Positions 1 to 8,218 of a stretch of DNA of 64,000 nt are shown piece after piece. The position numbers and the translations under genes were made by a program. The stretch's first letter is position 1. Each line of letters begins with the position of its first letter. The notes under the pieces are model-generated. The model made no database searches, was not told where the DNA came from, and worked only from the letters and a program-made list of their open reading frames with translations. Where the stretch lies: positions 141,979 through 205,978 of the forward strand of contig JAIPIH010000002.1 in NCBI GenBank assembly GCA_021734835.1, written 5' to 3'. This DNA is from Candidatus Cloacimonadota bacterium. GTDB taxonomy: Bacteria > Cloacimonadota > Cloacimonadia > Cloacimonadales > TCS61.

Positions 1-426
1 AAAAAATCAATTTTACTGAGTTTGCTTTTATGGTTTGCATCCTGTTCACCACCCGGAATTTTAATTTCAGGCAATATTGATTATACTACTTTTATTCATC
101 AAAATGGAAAGTTAAACAACCTACTTCAAACACTCAGTCCAGCGGCTGAATATGCATTAATAATCGGAAGTGACGGAACGGCTGTACTAGTAACTGCGAA
201 GAGTTTTTCTGAAATTGAGATCTATAAAAAAGCAGATAGATGGTTCTCTAAAACTGAAAAATTGCCGCCTGTATGCAATATAAAGGATATTAAAGAAATT
301 TGTGTTTATAGCCAAGTCCCGGCTGAATATAATAGTTTTGAAGAGCGATTTAAAGACTTTGAGTTTTTAGGACAAAGTAGCAAAAATGATCACTACGTCC
401 GTAAATATAAAGAAATATATTTATGA
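1..426 (+). CDS. putative lipoprotein, 5' end cut by window edge (function unknown)
   Basis: The frame is open from nt 1 with no upstream stop, so the TTG at 22 in the ORF track is probably internal. The translated N-terminus ...KKSILLSLLLWFASC looks like a lipoprotein signal peptide with lipobox FASC. ATGA overlap with the next ORF. Confidence 0.5.
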   Translation, partial: KKSILLSLLLWFASCSPPGILISGNIDYTTFIHQNGKLNNLLQTLSPAAEYALIIGSDGTAVLVTAKSFSEIEIYKKADRWFSKTEKLPPVCNIKDIKEICVYSQVPAEYNSFEERFKDFEFLGQSSKNDHYVRKYKEIYL

Positions 427-851
427 AAAAAGTTCTTCCCATTTTAATTGTCTTGACCATCTTGCTGGTGATCCTCGTAATAATTCAAAAAAACAGGTTT
501 AAAAATTCAGATGGGATTACGATAATCAATTTAGGAAATAAGATTTTGTTATCTTATGTAGATATCCAAAAGAATGAACAAATAAGCTTTGTTACTGAAC
601 GTGGTGACAATATGACCGGCTATCAATTACTGGAAATATTGGAAAATATGCAGATTAACACTCAGGAAATTGAAGGGTATATTTTTCGATCTTTGGACGG
701 CGGAACTTTGGAACTATCAAAGGACGATGAAGCCCAGTTTTATCTGATTTTTCAGGATGTTTTAGATAAACAAGATGTGAGACTTGTGATTCCAACTGAT
801 CAGTTTAGTCAACGCTGGATCAAGCATATTATTGAAATTGAGCTGATATAA
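423..851 (+). CDS. membrane-anchored hypothetical protein
   Basis: 142-aa ORF with an ATGA overlap upstream and a TAATG overlap with the downstream ATPase gene. Single N-terminal TM helix (ILIVLTILLVILVII). No family assignable by eye. Confidence 0.5.
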   Translation: MKKVLPILIVLTILLVILVIIQKNRFKNSDGITIINLGNKILLSYVDIQKNEQISFVTERGDNMTGYQLLEILENMQINTQEIEGYIFRSLDGGTLELSKDDEAQFYLIFQDVLDKQDVRLVIPTDQFSQRWIKHIIEIELI

Positions 852-1495
852 TGTTATACTTGGATGACCTTACATTTCAATACAAATTCTCTTCTCCGAA
901 GCTTTTGAACAATTTAACACGGAAAATTAACAAAGGTGAGATAGTTGCAGTTAACGGCGACAGTGCTGCCGGCAAGACCACATTATTAAATATAATTTGC
1001 GGAGTTATACCTAAATTTGTTCAGGGAAATTTGTCCGGAGAAGTATTTTTCAACGACATTCCCATCTCTTCACTCTCACTCGCTGAAACTGCACCATACA
1101 TAAGTCTCCTGATGCAGCATCCCGATAATCAGCTCTTTTTCCCTACGGTTGAACAAGAGTTAGCTTTTGGACCGGAAAACCTGAATATCCAACCGAATGA
1201 AATTCTAAAGCGAATTTATAATACTTTGAAACATTTAAATATCGAAGATTTACGGTTTCAAGAAACAACTGAGTTATCTTTCGGACAAAAAAAACTCGTT
1301 GTTTTTGCTTCTTTATTGATATTATCACCCCAAGTCTTATTACTGGATGAGCCATTTACAGGGATTTCGCAGATAAATATCGAATTGATGAAAGAAGAGA
1401 TCTATAATCAGGCAGAAATGGGAAAGATCATCATTGTTGCTGGTCATGAAAATGCTAAAATTAAAGCTTCACAAACTATTGAGTTAAAGCAGTAA
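851..1495 (+). CDS. ABC-type ATPase, ECF/CbiO (EcfA-like) energy-coupling component
   Basis: Walker A GDSAAGKTT, degenerate signature LSFGQKK, Walker B LLLDEP, H-loop GHE. Paired with a second ATPase, as in ECF transporters. Confidence 0.85.
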   Translation: MLYLDDLTFQYKFSSPKLLNNLTRKINKGEIVAVNGDSAAGKTTLLNIICGVIPKFVQGNLSGEVFFNDIPISSLSLAETAPYISLLMQHPDNQLFFPTVEQELAFGPENLNIQPNEILKRIYNTLKHLNIEDLRFQETTELSFGQKKLVVFASLLILSPQVLLLDEPFTGISQINIELMKEEIYNQAEMGKIIIVAGHENAKIKASQTIELKQ

Positions 1496-1496
1496 T

Positions 1497-2156
1497 ATGG
1501 AAAGTTTACAGATCAAAGATCTCGCTTTTGAGTACAAACAGGGAAAACCATTATTTACTCAAATTTCCCTTTCCTTCAAGTTGAATGATATTACCTTCCT
1601 GAGTGGGGCAAATGGCTCAGGTAAAACTACATTTTGCCGTATTATCAGCGGATTAGAAAAAAAATATCGCGGTAAAGTAGAAATTGCCGATCAGGATTTG
1701 AGATCTTTTTCTTTTGCTGAACTTGCTAAAATACTTGTTTATTTAAAACAAGAGCCAATTTCAAATATTATTGCTTCTGAGGCGGAAGAAGATCTGAAGA
1801 TATGGCAGTTTTTTTCTGATTCTCATGAAGATGTACTTTCTCGGGAGCGACAAAGTGCGTTAAATAAATATGAGATATCAAGTATCAGCAGGAAACCGAA
1901 TTGGGAACTGAGCGGCGGTCAATTAAAAAGAATTGGTTTGGCTGCCTTATTGTTAAAAGATAATCATTATTGGATCATGGATGAACCGCTGGCAGGACTG
2001 GACGACTCACTTGTAAGTTTACTGGTAAAGATACTCAAAGAAAGGAAACTAAACGGTAATGGTTGTTTGATTGTCTCCCATAATGAAAAGGTATTAAAAG
2101 AAATAATTGATCAATATTACATAATATGCGATCAGAAAATTAAATCAAGGATTTGA
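1497..2156 (+). CDS. ABC-type ATPase, ECF/CbiO (EcfA'-like) energy-coupling component
   Basis: Walker A GANGSGKTT, signature LSGGQLKR, Walker B WIMDEP, H-loop SHN. Starts 1 nt after the first ATPase stop. Confidence 0.85.
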   Translation: MESLQIKDLAFEYKQGKPLFTQISLSFKLNDITFLSGANGSGKTTFCRIISGLEKKYRGKVEIADQDLRSFSFAELAKILVYLKQEPISNIIASEAEEDLKIWQFFSDSHEDVLSRERQSALNKYEISSISRKPNWELSGGQLKRIGLAALLLKDNHYWIMDEPLAGLDDSLVSLLVKILKERKLNGNGCLIVSHNEKVLKEIIDQYYIICDQKIKSRI

Positions 2157-2163
2157 AAACAGC

Positions 2164-4050
2164 GTGAAAAAATATATCGTATTTGTGCTAATCATTTCAA
2201 TTTTCCGAACGCTCAACTCTGCAAATGTAGATTCACTTGAGACATCTAAACGTCATTATTATTTAGACGGTATCAGAGTAATTGCAGACAGACAGCAGGA
2301 AACAATAGGAGCTGTTAATATTTTGGGCTTTGATACGACAAAATTAAGACCGGAAATTAATATTGCAGAAACAGTTGATAAGATGAACGGATTACACGTT
2401 TCAAGCGGTGGAAAATCAGGCAGTTCGCTCCGCATCCGAGGTTTTAACAATGATCAGGTTAAGATATTATTAGATGGAAGACCTTTATGTGGTGGTTACT
2501 TTGGCAATATTGACCTTAATACGATCCCCAATTCTGATATTAAAGAAATTAGAATTTTAAAAGGTCCGGTTTCTTCTATTTATGGTTCAAATACATTGGG
2601 CGGAGTTGTCAATATCATAACTGAAACACCAAAAAATGGTGCATTACTTAAAATCGGTACTGAATTTCAAAGGAATAGTACAAATAAATCTTATATTTCT
2701 TCCAATCATGATCTGGGAAAATGGGATTACTGGCTTTATGTATCTCGTTATCAAACCGATGGATTTTCACTTTCCAAAGATTTTTTACCAACTATTAATG
2801 AAGACGGAAAACTTAGAGATAACACATCCCGAGATCAGTGGGATTTCCAATCAAAATTTGATTTTACGGTATGGGATTTTCATTCGATCGGCTTCCAGGC
2901 CGGTTATACTTTTATGGATAACAAAGAAATTCCCAGCAGCATATATGAAAGCAGAGTGCGTAAATTTACTGATTGGAAGAGATATCAAGCTTCAACTCTG
3001 GGATTTTTTCAGTTAAAACATAACCTTACTTTAGAATCAAATATTTTTTATGATCGTTATGATGATACTTATGCTGAGTATAATCCCGCAACAGGTGAAA
3101 TGTTCGGACAATGGCCTTCCTTCATCAAAAGCTGGATTTACGGCACTCATATAAAATTTGATTGGGAATTATTCTCCTATCTGCATAATTCTTTTGGTTA
3201 TCGCTTTGAGAACCAAGAATATACCAGAAAGGATAATGCCAATTATCCGGATTGGCTGGGAAATGAGCAAATACAGCATTACTGTTTTTGGCAATCGGAA
3301 TACACACTCAATAGTATGATCTTTACAGCCGGATCAGGAATGTCATTTTTCAAACCAGCAGGAATCTCCAATTGGAATTTACATTGGGAGCCATCAGCCG
3401 GGATTCACTATTCAAATAGCAAAAACTGGAAGTATTCTCTAGCTTATTCGTCGAATACAAAATATCCGTCAATGCATCAGTTATTTAGTGACAGCAGTGG
3501 AAATCCTGCTTTAATAGCAGAAAGAGCAGAAAAAAACGAGTTCAATTTGCATATTCCGGTTTTCTTAGGAAGTTTAACCGGTTCAATTCAGAATTCTCTT
3601 TATTATAATCATATTACAAATTTAATTGATAAAGTAAGTGGTACTTATCAGAATCTGGATAAGATAGATACATACGGTTTTGAAATCTCATTAACATTTT
3701 TCGCTCTCTGGGAACATCAAATAGAATATTCACATTTAAAATATATGAAAAACAGTTCAACTCCGCTACTTGAGACACCTGAAAACAGCGTTAATCTTAA
3801 AGAAAACATTAAACTACCTTTCGCTACTGATCTGGAATACGATCTATCTTGGGTTGATAAACGCTTCACTGACGAAGGTGTTATCCTTCCTGGTTATTGG
3901 CTTAATTCAGTTTATCTTCGTAACAAATTCAATAACTTTAAGATATTATTCGGATTAGAGAATATTTTTGATATTGATTATCAGGAAGAATTCGGATATC
4001 CGGGGAAAGGACTTAATTTTATCATTAGGTTAGAAACCGAATTCTTCTAA
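2164..4050 (+). CDS. TonB-dependent outer-membrane receptor
   Basis: GTG start and signal peptide. Plug-domain motifs (LLDGRPL, ILKGPVSSIYGSNTLGGVVNIIT). Long beta-rich C-terminal region ending in an aromatic residue (...LETEFF). Confidence 0.85.
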   Translation: MKKYIVFVLIISIFRTLNSANVDSLETSKRHYYLDGIRVIADRQQETIGAVNILGFDTTKLRPEINIAETVDKMNGLHVSSGGKSGSSLRIRGFNNDQVKILLDGRPLCGGYFGNIDLNTIPNSDIKEIRILKGPVSSIYGSNTLGGVVNIITETPKNGALLKIGTEFQRNSTNKSYISSNHDLGKWDYWLYVSRYQTDGFSLSKDFLPTINEDGKLRDNTSRDQWDFQSKFDFTVWDFHSIGFQAGYTFMDNKEIPSSIYESRVRKFTDWKRYQASTLGFFQLKHNLTLESNIFYDRYDDTYAEYNPATGEMFGQWPSFIKSWIYGTHIKFDWELFSYLHNSFGYRFENQEYTRKDNANYPDWLGNEQIQHYCFWQSEYTLNSMIFTAGSGMSFFKPAGISNWNLHWEPSAGIHYSNSKNWKYSLAYSSNTKYPSMHQLFSDSSGNPALIAERAEKNEFNLHIPVFLGSLTGSIQNSLYYNHITNLIDKVSGTYQNLDKIDTYGFEISLTFFALWEHQIEYSHLKYMKNSSTPLLETPENSVNLKENIKLPFATDLEYDLSWVDKRFTDEGVILPGYWLNSVYLRNKFNNFKILFGLENIFDIDYQEEFGYPGKGLNFIIRLETEFF

Positions 4051-4062
4051 CTAATAGGTATT

Positions 4063-4818
4063 ATGAAACAGGAAATTGATAACAACAACCCGGCAATCTT
4101 AAATTTACGAACTATTATTCTCATCGTATCTGCTCTCACTACTTTATCCGTTGTTTACAATTCAATTTTTATGCAAGTTTCTTTGATCTCAACAGCTATT
4201 ATCTTAAATTTAACGATTCAGCCTTCTCAGAATAGATTTTACAGACTTTATCACAGAATGAAACTTGTGTTAAAGATCATTACGATCATGTTGATATTTC
4301 AAGTTCTGTTTCGTCAGGGTGGTGAGATAATTTGGCAATACGGTTTTATCAAAATAACCGAAACTGGCTTGAATTACGGAATATCTTCCTCATTGCGTAT
4401 GTTGTTAATAGTTGTAATTGCTGGTTTACTTTTTGATATTCCATATCATGAATACATTATAGCTTTTCGTAAATGGAAGATTCCCTATGAAATATCATTT
4501 TTAGTAGCATCCACAATTCACTTTATTCCCATTTTTCAAAAGCAGTTTACCATAAGTAAAGAAGCGTTAAATCTGCGGGGTATTGAGTTATCAAAAGTTA
4601 AACTTAGCTCGAGAATTAAATTGTTTTCTGCTCTTGTGTTTCCAGTTATAGCAAAATCAATTTACCAAGTGAAATATCGCTCGATCTCTTTGGAATTAAA
4701 AGCTTTCAGGATCTCACCTGTTCGTACTTATATCTACGAAAACAAGTTAAAATGGTTTGATCTTGTACTTCAGATCTTAGCTGTTTGCGGATTTTTCGGA
4801 ATATTATTTCTATATTAA
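4063..4818 (+). CDS. ECF transporter transmembrane (T) component, EcfT/CbiQ-like
   Basis: 251 aa with multiple TM helices. Coupling-helix-like motifs (SSSLRM, EALNLRGIEL), as in the CbiQ/EcfT family. Sits in the same cluster as the two ECF-type ATPases. Confidence 0.65.
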   Translation: MKQEIDNNNPAILNLRTIILIVSALTTLSVVYNSIFMQVSLISTAIILNLTIQPSQNRFYRLYHRMKLVLKIITIMLIFQVLFRQGGEIIWQYGFIKITETGLNYGISSSLRMLLIVVIAGLLFDIPYHEYIIAFRKWKIPYEISFLVASTIHFIPIFQKQFTISKEALNLRGIELSKVKLSSRIKLFSALVFPVIAKSIYQVKYRSISLELKAFRISPVRTYIYENKLKWFDLVLQILAVCGFFGILFLY

Positions 4819-4921
4819 TGTAGATAATTATCAATATTGAATTAAATGTTTATCAAAACTTTTTAATTTGACAAACATCTAAGTTTTTTTAATTTTAATT
4901 ATTATTTACAAAGGAGAGGAT

Positions 4922-6028
4922 ATGAAAATAGTAATATTTGTTCTTCTGGTTTTCATTACTTGTTTTATTTATGCCCAGGAAGTTAAGTTTGATATCTATG
5001 ATAAACCAAATGATGATGGTTCTGCCTTGATAATCTCTTGGGATACAACTCAGATCTCTCCTTACCGCATTCTGATCTCACGCCAAACACCGGAAGGTAA
5101 AGTTCTGAATATCAAAAAGTCTAATGCTTTTAGCGGGAAGCACGAAGACGGTATCAATATTGAACCTGGTAAAATGTACGATTATCAACTTTTTGCTTTT
5201 AACAGTGCTGATGAGATTATATTTTCAGAAACCAGATCAGGTGAATCAAAAGCGCAGTGGTTCAATACAGGCAAAATATCACTCTTGATCCTGATGCTTC
5301 TAATATCTTCTTCTATAATATATTATATCTTCTCTGCCAGAAGCGGAAAGGAACTTTATATAAGAAAGATCAGCGGGTTGGAATCTATTGATGAATCTGT
5401 TGGTCGTGCTACAGAAATGGGCCGTCCGATATTATTCATCCCCGGAACTTTGGATCTTGACGATATGCAGACAATAGCAGGATTGACAATTCTAAGAAGA
5501 CTTGCCCAGAAAACTGCAGAATATGATTCAAAACTAATTGTTCCGGTTTGCCGGTCTATGGTACTTTCAACTGCAAAAGAAGTAGTAAAAGAAGCATATT
5601 TGAAAGCCGGTCGTCCTGATGCTTATGATCCTGATTCAGTATTTTACCTTACTGATGACCAATTTGGCTATGTCGCTGGCGTGGACGGGATAATAGTTCG
5701 AGAAAAACCAGCAGCTAATTTTTTCCTTGGTGCATTTTACGCCGAATCGTTGATCCTCGCTGAAACCGGATTTTCCAGTGGAGCGATTCAAACAGCAGGA
5801 ACAGCAATGCCCAGTCAACTACCTTTTTTTGTTGTAGCATGTGATTTTACTTTAATTGGTGAAGAGTTATTTGCAGCATCAGCTTATTTATCAAAAGACC
5901 CTCATCAATTAGGCAGCTTAAAAGGTCAGGATTTTGGAAAAGCTATCTTTGTTCTCGTTCTCGTAGTAGGAATAATATTAGAAATATCCGGAATTAGCAT
6001 CATAAAAGATTTTTTAACAATACATTAA
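4922..6028 (+). CDS. unknown membrane protein A: signal peptide, beta-rich ectodomain, TM, cytoplasmic domain, C-terminal TM
   Basis: Strong SD AAAGGAGAGG before the ATG. Signal peptide MKIVIFVLLVFITCFIYAQ. Ectodomain with DKPNDDGSALIISW (FN3/Ig-like look). TM ISLLILMLLISSSIIYYIF. No recognisable catalytic motif. Confidence 0.7.
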   Translation: MKIVIFVLLVFITCFIYAQEVKFDIYDKPNDDGSALIISWDTTQISPYRILISRQTPEGKVLNIKKSNAFSGKHEDGINIEPGKMYDYQLFAFNSADEIIFSETRSGESKAQWFNTGKISLLILMLLISSSIIYYIFSARSGKELYIRKISGLESIDESVGRATEMGRPILFIPGTLDLDDMQTIAGLTILRRLAQKTAEYDSKLIVPVCRSMVLSTAKEVVKEAYLKAGRPDAYDPDSVFYLTDDQFGYVAGVDGIIVREKPAANFFLGAFYAESLILAETGFSSGAIQTAGTAMPSQLPFFVVACDFTLIGEELFAASAYLSKDPHQLGSLKGQDFGKAIFVLVLVVGIILEISGISIIKDFLTIH

Positions 6029-6037
6029 GGAGAAACC

Positions 6038-6733
6038 ATGAAAAGAAAATTACCTTTAATGATAACATTCATTGTTGGTGTTATTTTAATATTTTCAGAA
6101 TTCATTCCTCATAAACCGTTTGGTCAGCTTTCAGGAGAACTTGAAATTTGGTTTCTGATCATATCCGGTTTTGCTATTTTACTGGGACAATTAAGTTTAT
6201 TCAAAGTTAATATATTTAAAATAAGATACAAGCAGCATGACTGGCCATTTTACGTGATAACTTTAGTAAGTTTTGTGATCATGGTAACTTTTGGTTTTTT
6301 ATGGGGAACCGGAAACAGCGGTGGTTTCTTAGGTCAGGGAGAAGCAATCTCTTCCGCTATGGGTTATAAACCATTTGATTATTTGTTCCATAACGTTTAT
6401 CAGCACTTACAAGCGACTATGTTTTCTCTCTTAGCTTTTTTTATTGCTTCAGCCGCATACAGAGCATTTATCGGAAGGACAGTTGAATCAAATCTTCTTT
6501 TATTCGCTGCGCTGCTTGTGATGTTGGGCAATACAACCTTAGGTGTATTACTAACAAGCTGGTTGCCGGAATCTCTGAACTTCCTCCATTTACCTAAAAT
6601 ATCTGAATTTATTATGACTTTCCCAACTACGGCTGGGCAAAGAGCGATTATGATCGGAGCAGGGTTGGGTATTATCGGCAGTTCGTTGAGGATCATCTTA
6701 GGAATTGAAAGATCTTACCTGGGAGGTGATTAA
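6038..6733 (+). CDS. unknown polytopic membrane protein B (~6 TM)
   Basis: SD AAGGAG at 6027-6032, with a 10-nt gap from the upstream ORF. About six hydrophobic helices. No family recognised. Confidence 0.7.
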   Translation: MKRKLPLMITFIVGVILIFSEFIPHKPFGQLSGELEIWFLIISGFAILLGQLSLFKVNIFKIRYKQHDWPFYVITLVSFVIMVTFGFLWGTGNSGGFLGQGEAISSAMGYKPFDYLFHNVYQHLQATMFSLLAFFIASAAYRAFIGRTVESNLLLFAALLVMLGNTTLGVLLTSWLPESLNFLHLPKISEFIMTFPTTAGQRAIMIGAGLGIIGSSLRIILGIERSYLGGD

Positions 6734-7566
6734 TGGGCAGATCCAAACAGATTGACAGACGCTGGTTATTCCTCTTGATTTTTGTTGGGGTTGCTTTACC
6801 ACTGATCTTTAAGATCGGCTTACCATTAGAAACCTCAAAGAATGTTCAAATGGTTCATGATCTGGTAGAGAATACACCAAAAGGATCAATAGCATTGATC
6901 TCTTTTGATTATGATCCTGCTAGTATGCCTGAGCTGCATCCGATGGCAAAAACTTTGGTAAAACACTGTTTCAAAAAAAATATAAAATTGATCTTTACTG
7001 CTATGTGGCCAATGGGTGTGCAAATGGCAGAAGATATTTTGGCGCAATTAGAAAATGAATATCCTGATCTTGTTTATGGAGAAGATTATGTGAATCTCGG
7101 CTTTAAAGCAGGGGGAATGATAACTATCCAATCTATGGGTAAAAATTTTGCTGAAGTCTTTCCTAAAGATGTGAATGGTAATGACGTCATGGATCTACCA
7201 ATTTTAGACGGCATTAAGAATTTCAATAACATTGGTTTTGTCTTTTCCTTATCTGCTGGTGCTCCCGGAATTAAAGAATGGGTACAAATTGCCCATGATG
7301 CTTATGGTAGACCAACTTCCGGTGGTGTTACCGGTGTAAGTGCTCCGGCAATTTTACCCTATGTTAATGAACAAAAACAGCTGACGGGTTTATTGGCCGG
7401 ACTCAAGGCTGCTGCAGAATATGAATTTTTAACTTTCTCCCCTGGAACGGCAACAAGCGGGATGGATGCCCAATCGATAGCTCATTTGATCATTATAATC
7501 TTTATAATTATTGGAAATGTAAACTACTGGCGGAATAAGCGTTCCCGGGAAAAAGGGGAGGATTAA
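6733..7566 (+). CDS. unknown bitopic protein C (N- and C-terminal TM anchors flanking a ~200-aa soluble domain)
   Basis: TAATG overlap with ORF B, preceded by GGGAGG. TM helices WLFLLIFVGVALPLIF and IAHLIIIIFIIIGNV. No family recognised. Confidence 0.7.
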   Translation: MGRSKQIDRRWLFLLIFVGVALPLIFKIGLPLETSKNVQMVHDLVENTPKGSIALISFDYDPASMPELHPMAKTLVKHCFKKNIKLIFTAMWPMGVQMAEDILAQLENEYPDLVYGEDYVNLGFKAGGMITIQSMGKNFAEVFPKDVNGNDVMDLPILDGIKNFNNIGFVFSLSAGAPGIKEWVQIAHDAYGRPTSGGVTGVSAPAILPYVNEQKQLTGLLAGLKAAAEYEFLTFSPGTATSGMDAQSIAHLIIIIFIIIGNVNYWRNKRSREKGED

Positions 7567-8207
7567 TGGAACAGTTTTTCACAACATTAGGTGTTTGGCT
7601 CGGAGCTTTTTTTACATTTGCGATCTTTAGTTTCCTTTATAAAGATAATCCCTTTTACAAAGCTGCTGAGCAGATATTTGTTGGACTATCAGCAGGTTAT
7701 TGGTTCGTTTATACTATATTTTTTATTTTGATCCCAAATCTATATGATCCGCTTACTAGTGATTTTAATGCAAACTGGATCAAGCTTATTCCTGCTGTCC
7801 TGGGTATCATGATGTTAATGAGATTGATACCTAAAACAGAATGGGTAAGCAGATTCCCGATTTCGGTCGTGATAGGTACAACATCCGGTGTATTTTTTCT
7901 CAGGTATTTGAAATCAGATGTCTTAAATCAGATAACTGCAACTATGATAAATCCCTTCCAAAGTGATGATTGGGTGATGGTAATTGGAAATATCATGCTA
8001 ATTGTTGGTACGATCTGCGGTGTAATTTATTTTTATTTCAGTAAGAAACATGAAGGTGTGTTCGGTGTTTCAGCGAAAATTGGGATATATTTTCTAATGG
8101 TTAGTTTTGGTGCTGCTTTTGGTTATACGGCAATGGCGCGTATTTCATTACTAATTGGAAGACTGCAGTTTTTACTAGGTGATTGGTTAGGGATCATTCA
8201 TCCCTAA
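7566..8207 (+). CDS. unknown polytopic membrane protein D (~6 TM)
   Basis: TAATG overlap with ORF C, preceded by GGAGG. About six hydrophobic helices. No family recognised. Confidence 0.7.
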   Translation: MEQFFTTLGVWLGAFFTFAIFSFLYKDNPFYKAAEQIFVGLSAGYWFVYTIFFILIPNLYDPLTSDFNANWIKLIPAVLGIMMLMRLIPKTEWVSRFPISVVIGTTSGVFFLRYLKSDVLNQITATMINPFQSDDWVMVIGNIMLIVGTICGVIYFYFSKKHEGVFGVSAKIGIYFLMVSFGAAFGYTAMARISLLIGRLQFLLGDWLGIIHP

Positions 8208-8218
8208 ATAAATTTAAT

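Noticed and set aside
4823-4832. 10-bp perfect palindrome GATAATTATC just after the ecfT stop
   Set aside because: It is too short and too AT-rich to distinguish from chance in this composition. It has no T-run for a terminator and no second copy was seen.
4868-4873. Exact TTGACA hexamers in many operon-leading intergenic regions (4868, 12045, 15033, 27000, 33458; also TTGACT near 38395 and TTGACG near 43071) as sigma-70 -35 boxes
   Set aside because: The recurrence is suggestive. In none of them could I find a convincing TATAAT-like -10 at 16-18 nt spacing. In this AT-rich DNA any -10 call would be arbitrary, so they are not reported as promoters.
8183-8218. TTG-initiated extension of the first diguanylate cyclase
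   Set aside because: It overlaps the end of membrane protein D. The ATG at 8219 begins a typical signal peptide (MKKYIILFLF...).
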